Shown here: one piece after another, positions 40,706 to 50,520 of the stretch
Position numbering within the stretch: position 1 is the stretch's first letter
Layout of the letters: every line of letters begins with the position of its first letter
Assembly: GCA_043228905.1 (NCBI GenBank)
Contig: JBHGNT010000006.1
Span: 14,508,001 to 14,572,000, forward strand
Origin: Azolla caroliniana
Lineage: Eukaryota > Plantae > Polypodiophyta
Reading direction: 5' to 3'
Length of the DNA stretch: 64,000 nucleotides
Program-made: the position numbers and the translations under genes
The notes under the pieces: model-generated
The model's database searches: none
Seen by the model: only the letters and a program-made list of their open reading frames with translations
Told to the model about the DNA's origin: nothing

Positions 40706-43051
40706 ATGTCAAACGGTGGAGTGATAGCAAATGTGGCGGCAAATGCCGCCCAGGTATCGTCTCGCACTTATCATATTGAAAAATTGAATGATAAAAATTA
40801 TCAACCATGGCGTATGACCATGGAAATTATATTAGAACAACATGACTTGTTAAAAATCGTCGATGGAACCGACGTGTGCCCCGACCCCACAAATGCACTT
40901 GGTGTGCAAACATGGAAGCGGCGTGATTTAAACGCTCGCTTAGAACTTCTCCTTCATATGGAGGACACACTTAAGCAAAGTGTGAGAACCTTGACTACCT
41001 CCAAACAAATATGGGATAGATTAGAGGCTGATTACCTCCATACGGACGTTACGTCCCAAGTTGCAAATTTAAAAACATTAATAAATATGAATATGAATGA
41101 AAATGATGATGTTGATACATTCGTTAAAAATTGGAGACTTCGACTTGATGATGTAATCCTTTCAGGACTTAGTTTGCCAAGTTCCGTTCAATCTGCCCTC
41201 TTGTTAGCCGCCCTACCCCCATCATGGCAACCATTTATAAGTACAAAATCCACATCCGCCAACATTAGTGTCCCAACATTAGTTGCATCAATCTCACAAG
41301 AAAACATACTTCGTAGGGCAATAAATCAACCCTCCTCATCTCACACCGCACTTTATATCAAACATCCAAATTACAATAAAAAACCTTACAATAAACCTAA
41401 ATCAACATACCAACCTAATAACTCCAAATTTTATTCACGAACCTCTAAATTTAACGATTCAAGGAATCATAACAAATCTAGGTTCCTTAGATCCTTTTGT
41501 AAAAATTGTCAAAGGAGCGGACATGAAACGAAAGATTGTTATAGGAATTCTAACAACGGGAAAAGAACATATAAAGAAGACCAATCTTATAATGCATCTC
41601 ATGATGACTACGATCCAAATAATCACATATGTGATAATGACCAAAATTCCGATGAAGATAATGAAGATTCTTTCATTGCCTTCATGGCCCTCACTTCATT
41701 TAACAATTCTCCCACTTCAACGTGGATTCTTGATACAGGTGCCACATGTCATCTCACCTCAAGAGTTGAATGGCTCAAAGACTATAAGGCCTTAGAACAT
41801 CCTTTCCCGGTTAGATTTGGGAACAATGGGGTTGAATATGCCCTTGGACATGGAACTGCTCATCTTGAACTTTCTGATGGGAACTTCATTGAAATCAATG
41901 AAGTTTACTATATACCTAACATAGCCAAAAACTTGATATCTGTCAATAAACTCACGAATGATAATACATCCGTCGAGTTTTATCACAAATATTGTATCAT
42001 TCGTCATAAGACACCCTCTGGACGAGGCTATGTCGTCAATTGTCCAAGACAAGGATGTCTTTACCTTCTAGGCCGCTCTGTGGTACCTGCTGAAGAAGCA
42101 CACCACATAGATGATTCAAACACATCAAACTATATGACCTTATTATGGCACTATCGATTAGGTCACTTAAACCATCAAACAATGGTTCACATGGCCCGAC
42201 AACATATAGCAATTGGCTTTACTCTTCCTCGTAAATCGAAATTATCCCTTTGCGAAGGGTGTATATTTGGAAAACTTTCTAACTCGCCATTTCCATCCCA
42301 TCCTACAACGACCACCAAACCCCTCCAACTAGTACATACGGATATATGTGGTCCTTTGTCTACCCCATCCCTATCTGGAAATGTATATTTCCTAACATTT
42401 ATCGATGACTTTACTCGGTTCACGATGGTCACGTTTCTCAAGACAAAATGTAGTGATCAAGTCCTTGAGAAATTTAAAGCCTACCACAAACTTGTAACAA
42501 ATCAACAAGATTTACCCCTTAAAGTACTACAATCAGACAATGGTGGAGAATTCAAGTCCCAAAACTTCCAAACTTATTGCCAAAACCATGGGATTCAACA
42601 ACGGTTTACCATCCCATATACACCCCAACACAATTCAAGGGCTGAACGGCGAAACCGGTTGTATATGGACGCCACTCGTAGCATGCTCGCCATTGCAAAC
42701 CTTCCCCGAACATATTGGGAAGAGGCCGTTTCAACCGCTTGTTATATATTCAATAGAACATATAGTCGATCAATTAGGACAACTCCATTTTCCTTGTGGT
42801 TTGGAAAAAATCCAAATTATGAAAATCTAAGAATCTTTGGATGTCCATCATATGCACTCGTACCCTTACGCGAAACCGGTTGTATATGGACGCCACTCGT
42901 AGCATGCTCGCCATTGCAAACCTTCCCCGAACATATTGGGAAGAGGCCGTTTCAACCGCTTGTTATATATTCAATAGAACATATAGTCGATCAATTAGGA
43001 CAACTCCATTTTCCTTGTGGTTTGGAAAAAATCCAAATTATGAAAATCTAA
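40706..43051 (+). CDS. Copia F Gag-protease-integrase, frameshifted at a tandem duplication
   Basis: 781-aa ORF: IEKLNDKNYQPW, CKNCQRSGHETKDC, WILDTGATCH, WHYRLGH...CEGC, VHTDICGP, QSDNGGEF. Confidence 0.93.
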   Translation: MSNGGVIANVAANAAQVSSRTYHIEKLNDKNYQPWRMTMEIILEQHDLLKIVDGTDVCPDPTNALGVQTWKRRDLNARLELLLHMEDTLKQSVRTLTTSKQIWDRLEADYLHTDVTSQVANLKTLINMNMNENDDVDTFVKNWRLRLDDVILSGLSLPSSVQSALLLAALPPSWQPFISTKSTSANISVPTLVASISQENILRRAINQPSSSHTALYIKHPNYNKKPYNKPKSTYQPNNSKFYSRTSKFNDSRNHNKSRFLRSFCKNCQRSGHETKDCYRNSNNGKRTYKEDQSYNASHDDYDPNNHICDNDQNSDEDNEDSFIAFMALTSFNNSPTSTWILDTGATCHLTSRVEWLKDYKALEHPFPVRFGNNGVEYALGHGTAHLELSDGNFIEINEVYYIPNIAKNLISVNKLTNDNTSVEFYHKYCIIRHKTPSGRGYVVNCPRQGCLYLLGRSVVPAEEAHHIDDSNTSNYMTLLWHYRLGHLNHQTMVHMARQHIAIGFTLPRKSKLSLCEGCIFGKLSNSPFPSHPTTTTKPLQLVHTDICGPLSTPSLSGNVYFLTFIDDFTRFTMVTFLKTKCSDQVLEKFKAYHKLVTNQQDLPLKVLQSDNGGEFKSQNFQTYCQNHGIQQRFTIPYTPQHNSRAERRNRLYMDATRSMLAIANLPRTYWEEAVSTACYIFNRTYSRSIRTTPFSLWFGKNPNYENLRIFGCPSYALVPLRETGCIWTPLVACSPLQTFPEHIGKRPFQPLVIYSIEHIVDQLGQLHFPCGLEKIQIMKI

Positions 43052-43089
43052 GAATCTTTGGATGTCCATCATATGCACTCGTACCCTTA
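42649..43089 (+). repeat. Identical 220-bp tandem duplication plus 1 nt in Copia F integrase
   Basis: 42649-42868 equals 42870-43089; period 221. Confidence 0.95.
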
Positions 43090-45567
43090 GAAACTCGATC
43101 AAAATTAGATAATCACGCAGTTCGCACAATATTTGTTGGGTATGGCGAACCTCATGGCTATAAGGGTTATCGATTATATGACCCAAAATCCAAAAGATTT
43201 ATATTTAGTCGACGAGTGATATTTGATGAAGATAAGCTAATATCTAATCCTCACCCACATCATGGCCATGAAAAGATACAAGATGAGACTACCATGTCTA
43301 ACATTGAATCTAATAAAGAAATAATATCATCACCTACTAATTCTTGGCGGGCTCCACAAATGTCCTCGGAAATTCAACAAGTCACACTTGACCATATGCC
43401 AATTAACCCTCCTCCACTAATGCATTCATCTCTAGAGGTTCGCCCAAAAGTCCCAGTTTCAACCAATGACTCCAACTTATTGCCCCTAATAACCAAACAA
43501 TCACAACAAACTGATGTACATACTCCAATTTTAAACACTAACTCTACGCAAACTAAACAAAGGCTTAATAAACAATTTAGCACTCATAAGGAAAAGCCTT
43601 TAGATAGAACACAATTAACTCACATTGATTATTCAGGTTCCCATCCTATTCAAAATCTCTTGATCCCACTACGAAGATCCTCACGCCTTAATGGTAAGGG
43701 GAAAACCAATGGTCACAATGATGCAAAAGTAATTAAAATAGGATGTAGAAATACCTCATATCCCACTAATAGTCAACATGTAGAAGATAAAAATTGTTGT
43801 GACAATGCGAAATCACCTAGTTCACTTAGCCCTACATCGACTCCAAAGAAAGTTCGTACTATTCAAGATCTTTATGATCACACACAAAAAATTGATGCCC
43901 TTGTTGCGGACCATCGATTTGAACCTGAGTTTGCTTTTTCGGCTCTTGGTTCCCCGACAACCACATCAGACGTCTCTGATGATCCCTTAACTATCAATGA
44001 GGCATTGCAAAGTCCAGATCGTGTAGAATGGCAAGCCGCCATGGCAAAAGAACTTGAATCTCTTGAGGCCAATAAAACATGGACTCTAGTACCACTCCCA
44101 ATGGGACGCTCACCTATTTCATGCAAATGGGTGTTGAAGAAAAAACTAAACCCTGATGGTACTGTTGCACGTTACAAAGCTCGACTTGTAGCTCGTGGTT
44201 TTTCTCAAGTTGAAGGACTTGACTATTCTGAGACATTTTCACCCGTCCTCCGTATGGCATCTTTTCGGCTCCTAATGGCTCTAGCCACCATTCTTGATCT
44301 CGAAGTACATCATTTGGATGTACAAACGACATTTCTACATGGTGATTTACCTGAGGAAATCTACATGTCCCAACCTCCTGGGTTTGAGTCACAATCTCAA
44401 CCAAACTATGTGTGTCGATTACATCGATCACTTTATGGACTCAAACAATCTCCTAGGTTATGGTTTCAAAAATTTAACAATTTTATGCTCTCACATGGCT
44501 ATTCTAGATTGTTATCAGAACCAAATATATACATTAGACACAATCATTCATCTAATCGGTTGTTAGTGGTAGCATTATATGTTGATGACATTCCTATAGT
44601 CGGAACACCATCTGAAATTACTCAAGCAAAGCTAGAGCTTTCCAAAGCATTTTCAATAACAGATTTAGGTCCCCTATCTTATTTCCTAGGCATGCAAGTT
44701 ACGCGTAATCGTAGTATGGGCACCTTGATCGTTCATCAAAATAAATTCATTAATGAAATTTTGAAATCCTTCGGAATGCTAAACATTAAACCTTGCACTA
44801 CTCCCTTATCATTAACATGTAACTTAAGCATATCTGATAGTCCAACCACAAAAAGAGATATTAATTTTATGCAACAATTTCCTTTTAAACAATTAATAGG
44901 AAAACTTCGATATTTAGTCACAGGGACTCGTCCTGACCTTTGTTTTGCAATTAACTATCTTTCACGCTTTATGCATAACCCTGGTCTTATGCATTGGAAA
45001 TCACTTCAACGAGTTATGCGATATTTAAAACACACATCTAACTATGGATTAACATATAAACGATCCCAATCCGAAAGACCAATCAAATCACTTGTTGGTT
45101 GGTCTGATTCGGATTGGGGGGGGGACATTGATTCTCGTAGATCTACTGCTGGTTTTTCTTTTATAATGGCAGGAGCAGCAGTGACGTGGCAATCGAAAAA
45201 ACAAGAATCTGTGACACTCTCATCTGCTGAAGCTGAGTTCGTAGCAGTGGCATTGGCTGCTAAAGAAGGATTATGGTTGCAAACAGTGATAAAAGAACTC
45301 CAACTATGTGGACCACTCCAATTGAAAATCTTCTGCGACAATATATCATGCATCTACTTAACGAAGAATCCAAAGCACTCAGAGAAAACAAAACATGTGG
45401 ATTTAAAATATCACTTTATACGAGAGTTAGCCGAAGAAAACAAGCTTACATTAGAGTTTACATCAACAAATCATATGTGGGCTGATTTTCTAACAAAGGC
45501 TCTCCCTCCGGACAAATTTGAAACTTGTTGTGAAAATTTAGGATTACAACGGTTCACAACTAATTAG
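42841..45567 (+). CDS. Copia F integrase C-terminus, RT and RNase H
   Basis: 908-codon open frame: YKARLVARGFSQ, SLYGLKQSPR, ALYVDDI, SDSDWGGD, FCDNISC, WADFLTK. Confidence 0.93.
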   Translation: MSIICTRTLTRNRLYMDATRSMLAIANLPRTYWEEAVSTACYIFNRTYSRSIRTTPFSLWFGKNPNYENLRIFGCPSYALVPLETRSKLDNHAVRTIFVGYGEPHGYKGYRLYDPKSKRFIFSRRVIFDEDKLISNPHPHHGHEKIQDETTMSNIESNKEIISSPTNSWRAPQMSSEIQQVTLDHMPINPPPLMHSSLEVRPKVPVSTNDSNLLPLITKQSQQTDVHTPILNTNSTQTKQRLNKQFSTHKEKPLDRTQLTHIDYSGSHPIQNLLIPLRRSSRLNGKGKTNGHNDAKVIKIGCRNTSYPTNSQHVEDKNCCDNAKSPSSLSPTSTPKKVRTIQDLYDHTQKIDALVADHRFEPEFAFSALGSPTTTSDVSDDPLTINEALQSPDRVEWQAAMAKELESLEANKTWTLVPLPMGRSPISCKWVLKKKLNPDGTVARYKARLVARGFSQVEGLDYSETFSPVLRMASFRLLMALATILDLEVHHLDVQTTFLHGDLPEEIYMSQPPGFESQSQPNYVCRLHRSLYGLKQSPRLWFQKFNNFMLSHGYSRLLSEPNIYIRHNHSSNRLLVVALYVDDIPIVGTPSEITQAKLELSKAFSITDLGPLSYFLGMQVTRNRSMGTLIVHQNKFINEILKSFGMLNIKPCTTPLSLTCNLSISDSPTTKRDINFMQQFPFKQLIGKLRYLVTGTRPDLCFAINYLSRFMHNPGLMHWKSLQRVMRYLKHTSNYGLTYKRSQSERPIKSLVGWSDSDWGGDIDSRRSTAGFSFIMAGAAVTWQSKKQESVTLSSAEAEFVAVALAAKEGLWLQTVIKELQLCGPLQLKIFCDNISCIYLTKNPKHSEKTKHVDLKYHFIRELAEENKLTLEFTSTNHMWADFLTKALPPDKFETCCENLGLQRFTTN

Positions 45568-47806
45568 TTTATGGGGGGGTGTTGTAATAAACTAATTAGT
45601 GTAAATAAGTAAATAAGAAAGTAAATACAAAACGTAACCTTATGATATGAAAAGGTGCACCCCAAAAATAGGGTGCACCTATAACCACCACATTCTCTCT
45701 CTGTGGTCGGTTGGTTGGTTGTAGAGAGAGAGACAACCACACATTATCATAAAAACATTCTTTCTCCCTCTCTTTCTCTCTCTCCCTTTCTCCCTCTCTT
45801 TCTATTTCTCGTTTACCATAAATATGGCCCTAGTAGAGATGCACCAAGAATTGGCCAAGCTACAAATAGCGGCTAAAAACATGGCTTACAAAAACAAAAA
45901 GGCAAAGAAGCGAGCCACAAAACTAGAAAAATAGTTGCAGGAGTATAAAGCGATAATACAACACTTGGAACAACAACTGCAAGAGGTTAAGGAGAAAGTT
46001 GAGGGCACCAGCCCAATCGGATAGCCAGTACTCGACATGAAGGAGCTATAGGGGGATCTCGATGCATAGAAAGCAATAGCCGAGAAAGCAAAGAAGATGG
46101 CATCTGTGGCGGAAATAGAGATTACCCATCTAAGGGCAGAACTCCAACAATTGTCGGATAGAGAAGCCAACATCCGTGCCAATGCTAAGAAAAGCACAAA
46201 TGAGCTAAAATTGTGACTAGACGACGTAACAAAGGTACACACAAAACTTGTAGCTGATTTTGAGGTCTAGGGGAAGGTGTTAGGATGGGTTGAAGAAGCA
46301 GCAGTAGTTGTTCAAGGGACAATTGACAGTCGACCGGCAAGTTGCAAAAGAGATCCAGTTGGGTATGCAAATGGAAATGGTGTGGACGGAGGAGTTGCAC
46401 GAAAATGAGATGAAGATCTTGCATAACAACATGGGCTTAATTCAAGCTCAATATGAAGTTAATTCGGCAACGACTGCAAGAAAGATCAAGCAACTCGAAG
46501 ACCCGGAATAAGAAATGCACGCAAAATTGGAAATGGGCACAAAAGAAATCAAGGTCCTACTCGACAATCACAAGGATTGGTCCTTGAAAAACATTTCTGA
46601 CACTATGGAGTAGGGATGGAAGGCCTGAGAAGGGATGGAAGGCATGGGCAGCCCAAGCGGCCGAATTACACATTTTCAAGCGAACTAGAAAATTGGCCGA
46701 AAGAAGGCAAGGGATTCTACAAACTTGATGAAGAAAGCGTTACCACGATTCAAGAGGATCTAACAAATGATTATTGCTCATTGGACCAACTCCAATCCAT
46801 GGAAATAACGAAGTTGTTGGAAGAATTTGGGGAAGACCAACTTCAACTCGTTGTCGAGTTGGAAGCATACGAAACTAAACGAATTCGGACAAAAGAAGAC
46901 CAGGAGGTGGAATATATCAATCTCCTCGACAACAAATCTAGTGAGCAATCCCATGAATTAGCTGACTAAATGCCTCTAGTACCCCCTACAAGTGACCAAG
47001 TGGAGCAAGTCGAACAGGACAAGTCAGAGGAAGACCGTGTGCAACCCCAACCGGGGCCATCTGAGCAATCACAACGGAACCTCACTAGCCGACAGCCGGA
47101 AGCAAAAGAGAATCGCGTCCAATTGGCCTGACCGATATTCAATGAGGAGCCCCATCAAGGAGGGGCGAATAAAAAAGGGGAAGAACGAACTGAAGATGCT
47201 CAGACACCACCAGGTGGGTGACACCATCACCGACAGTGGCGAATTGGCTCAGCCGGAGCCGAACATTTTGCACATTTTTGAAGACACATAGCCAACATGT
47301 GGGGGTTCTACTGTGCAAGGCACTGTCCCACAAACGGGCTATGTGTTGTCCAATCAAGACGACCAAGGTATGAAAATGAGTAGGAACATTTACAGGTTGG
47401 TACAGAGGCAAATGTGGCCAGATAGGGAGACGAAACAAAATGTAACGTTTGCATCATAATTAAAGGAAGTAGTAGTGGTTCACGTTCTAGATGTAACCGC
47501 CCATGCTCCCTATAAACAGGGACATGGAACCTTGTAAAAATTAATCAATTTTGTTGAGTCTAGTTGATTAATAGAATATTTGTTTGCTATACTCGGTATC
47601 TGTGTTGAGTCCCTCTAGCCTTTTACTATGTGCTACGAGTTACCGGTCGGTTGTAGCCGGCTCAGTGCATAGTCTCCACAGATACTAAAACTTGATTCAT
47701 AAATTACTTTAAGAATTGTGTCTCATTTGTATACGTCATGCAGTGTTGTGCCAAGGAACCGGTCCACTTTTCCTGTCTCCCTACCAAAAGACCTTGAGCC
47801 GGATAC

Positions 47807-49619
47807 TGTCACGGACACACCAAGTGCGGACTAAGACGGAGCACGGATGATGAGGCTACGACAGAGCAATGACGGAATGACACAAGAACATAAAGATAGA
47901 GATGAAGATCAAGGAGAGAATATGGGCGAAACGAGAATACTAGATTGATATGTCCATGACTGGCGTTGTTCACCTTGAATTCCTTCAAGGTGAACTCAAC
48001 TATTTATACTAAGTGGCATGCATACCTGTTGCACGCATGTGATACAATAGAGCATGTAGGCAGTAGGAACGCATGCATGTGCCATGTGTAAATAATACAA
48101 GGGAGAAATTATGCACATGATGCTAGCTAAAACCTACAATGAGAAAGTATATATATGATTATATGTTAGATGTGTGGTTAACACATAACACTCGATTATA
48201 ACTTGGTCATGTCAAGAGTTCGAATCTTGACATTATCCCCCCTCCAACGATGCCTTCCCAAATCTTTTGTCGACTTTAGGGGATATTGTTGATGAAAATC
48301 TTAGATCACCTCAAAAGTAATTTGTAAATCCTAGACAAGGAGTAACCCTTCCACAAGATGAGGTATTTAACATGAACGAGCATGAGCGACCATGTGTGGT
48401 CCTCACGGGGAGCATGAACACCAGGGGCAGGAGTAACCAAGTGGGGTCCTTGCCGGGAATTGGAACGGTCCTCGCTGAGAGTTGGAACACGAACACCAAC
48501 GGGCGTGAGCAACCATGTTGTCCTCACCGAGAAATGGAACACGAACGAGTGAGCGACCATGTGGCCCTCACCGGGAACAGGAACACGAACGAGAGTAATC
48601 GACCATGTGTGGTCCTCACCGGGAATTGGAACATGAACAACAACGGGCATGAGCAACCATGTCGGTCCTCACCGGGATCTAGAAAACGAACAATAGTTGG
48701 AGTGAGCGGCCATGTGCGGTCCTCACCGGAGACTAGAACACAAACGGGAGTGAGCGACCATGTGGCCCTCACTGGGAACACGAACACGAACGGGAGTGAG
48801 CGGCCATGTGCGGCCCTCATCGAGAACAAGAACACGAATGGGAGTGAGTGGCCATGTGCGGCCCTCATCGGGAACTCGAACACGAACGGGCGTGAGCGAC
48901 CATGCGGTCCTCACCGGGAACTCGAACACGAACGGGCGTGAGCAACCATGCGGCCCTCACTGAGAACTAGAACACGAACACCAACGGGAGTGAGTGGCCA
49001 TGTGCGACCCTCACTGGGAACTAGAACACGAACACCAACAGGAAAGAAACTAAAACATAGAGACAATGATGAGGAGAAACTAAAAAATAGAGACAATGAA
49101 GCGATGATGAAGATGGTACGGTGACGATGGTAATTCTAGAAGCAAGGGCGATGACGGAGACGGGTGATGCTTCTAGTTGGAAGGTGAACAAACTGTCACG
49201 GACACACCAAGTGCGGACTAAGATAGAGCACAGATGATGAGGCTACGATAGAGCAATGATGGAATGACACAAGAGCATAAAGAGAGAGATGAAGATCAAG
49301 GAGAGAAGATGGGCGAAATGAGAATACTAGATTGATATGTCCATGACTGGCGTTGTTCACCTTGAATTCCTTCAAGGTGAACTCAACTATTTATACTAAG
49401 TGGCATGCATACCTATTGCACGCATGTGATACACTAGAGCATGTAGGCAGTAGGAACGCATGCATGTGCCAAGTGTAAATAATACAAGGGAGAAATTATG
49501 CACATGATGCTAGCTAAAACCTACAATGAGGAAGTATATACATGATTATATGTTAGATGTGTGGTTAACACATAACACTCGATTATAACTTGGTCATGTC
49601 AAGAGTTCGAATCTTGATA
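47807..49619 (-). mobile_element. Non-autonomous TRIM-like derivative T of a Tcn1/Tf1-type chromovirus
   Basis: 426-bp LTRs at 47807-48232 and 49194-49619. TSD GATAC. PPT ggaggggggataa next to 48232. Chromodomain remnant YLILWKGYS. Self-priming-type PBS at 49181-49191. Confidence 0.92.
48369..49040. repeat. Tandem array of ~45-60-bp stem-loop units inside T
   Basis: About a dozen units of ACACGAACGGG(A/C)GTGAGCGACCATG(T/C)GGTCCTCACCGGGAA. Confidence 0.9.
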
Positions 49620-49659
49620 GATACCAAAGAGAATAAGTATCCAAACTTGTGTTACTACA

Positions 49660-50520
49660 ATGAGTTATAGGAACATACTTCGGACTCCGACCCTAGACAA
49701 CTCCGTGCCGAATTATGAGGATGAGGCCAATGATGCCGACATGATCATTGAAGAAAAAATTGGCAATCTGAACAAGAGTCTGATTTCATTCTGGATGAGT
49801 GGACCGATGGAAGAGTTGAGCCGAAATAACCAACCAATTGACAAGTTAGTGAGCGATGAAGACTCGGCCGTGCAATCCCCGTGGATGAAGTCGAAGAGAT
49901 GGCTAACACACAAATAGAAGGGAAGAAGAAGATGCGCAAAATACGACATAGATGAAGGTGTCTCAGATCAAAGTGAATCCGATGGTGCTGTGAGCAATGA
50001 TGGAGGAACTCAAGAATTGAGTTTGAATTTGGCCAGGAGGGCCATGAAATCAGCTCATGAAAAGTTACATAGATCTACTCCCCACAACAACCATGCGGTC
50101 TGATACAGATACAATGAGTGCATGGTGCACCACTATGTATACTCAGCTCATGAATCCGATGGTGATGTGAGCAATGATGGAGGACCTCAAGAATTGAGTT
50201 CGAATTTGGCCAAGAGGGCCATGAAATCAACTCATGAAAAGTTACATAGGTCTACTCCCCACAACAACCATGCGGTCTGATACGGATACAATGAGTGCAT
50301 GGTGCACCACTATGTATACATGGTTAACGTGGCTACGGTCCGCGAGTTGAAGAGCTACGCGGAGGCATCACAGGATGCCAAATGGAAATCGGCAATGGAG
50401 GAAGAAATGAAAGCATTAGCCGAAAGTGAAACATAGGACATGGTTGACCCCCTAAAAGGAGTCAAGTTGATTAGATGTAGGTGGATATTCAAGGTGAAAT
50501 ACAACATTGACGGCAGTGTC
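49660..50520 (+). pseudogene. Copia relic (INT-RT linker and RT start, Copia E-like) with a ~177-bp tandem duplication
   Basis: SLISFWMSGPMEELSR...EDSAVQSP resembles Copia E's [16 protein letters not shown]...GDSAVHSP. Followed by RWIFKVKYNIDGS. Confidence 0.8.

Larger units (their letters stand above)
40373..45820 (+). mobile_element. Very young full-length Ty1/copia element (Copia F) with TG...TA LTRs
   Basis: 241-bp LTRs at 40373-40613 and 45580-45820 with one visible difference. Perfect TSD AATAT. PBS tggtatcagagc at 40614-40625. PPT at 45571-45579. Confidence 0.97.
37660..47291 (+). pseudogene. Extra sense ORF of element A, split by two solo LTRs and Copia F
   Basis: GYIKVMDAPPHLDTL, EYSATAKAYRT, coiled-coil pieces 45826-46560, and ENWPKEGKGFYKLDEESVTTIQEDL matching B's WENRRKEGRGFYKL. 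Confidence 0.65.
13553..49659 (+). mobile_element. Old non-chromovirus Ty3/gypsy element A (Tat/Phygy-like), 5'-truncated in this window, host of eight insertions
   Basis: Collinear pieces 13553-15644, 27155-27161, 32823-33274, 37085-37848, 38630-38988, ~39654-40372, 45826-47806 and 49625-49659. The protein continues across junctions, e.g. HRKRT|YYPHANGLAKSTNKTL and GERxFDV|SPTETLEDYIGEY. Confidence 0.8.
47344..49659 (+). repeat. 3' LTR of element A, interrupted by element T
   Basis: Starts tgttgtcc like the B LTRs and follows the same upstream hairpin. TATAAA near 47511. Probable end ttactaca before the Copia relic. Confidence 0.65.

Noticed and set aside
48369-49040. CRISPR-like array of palindromic repeats
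   Set aside because: The linkers are variants of one another rather than unique spacers, there are no cas genes, and the array lies inside a eukaryotic LTR element.
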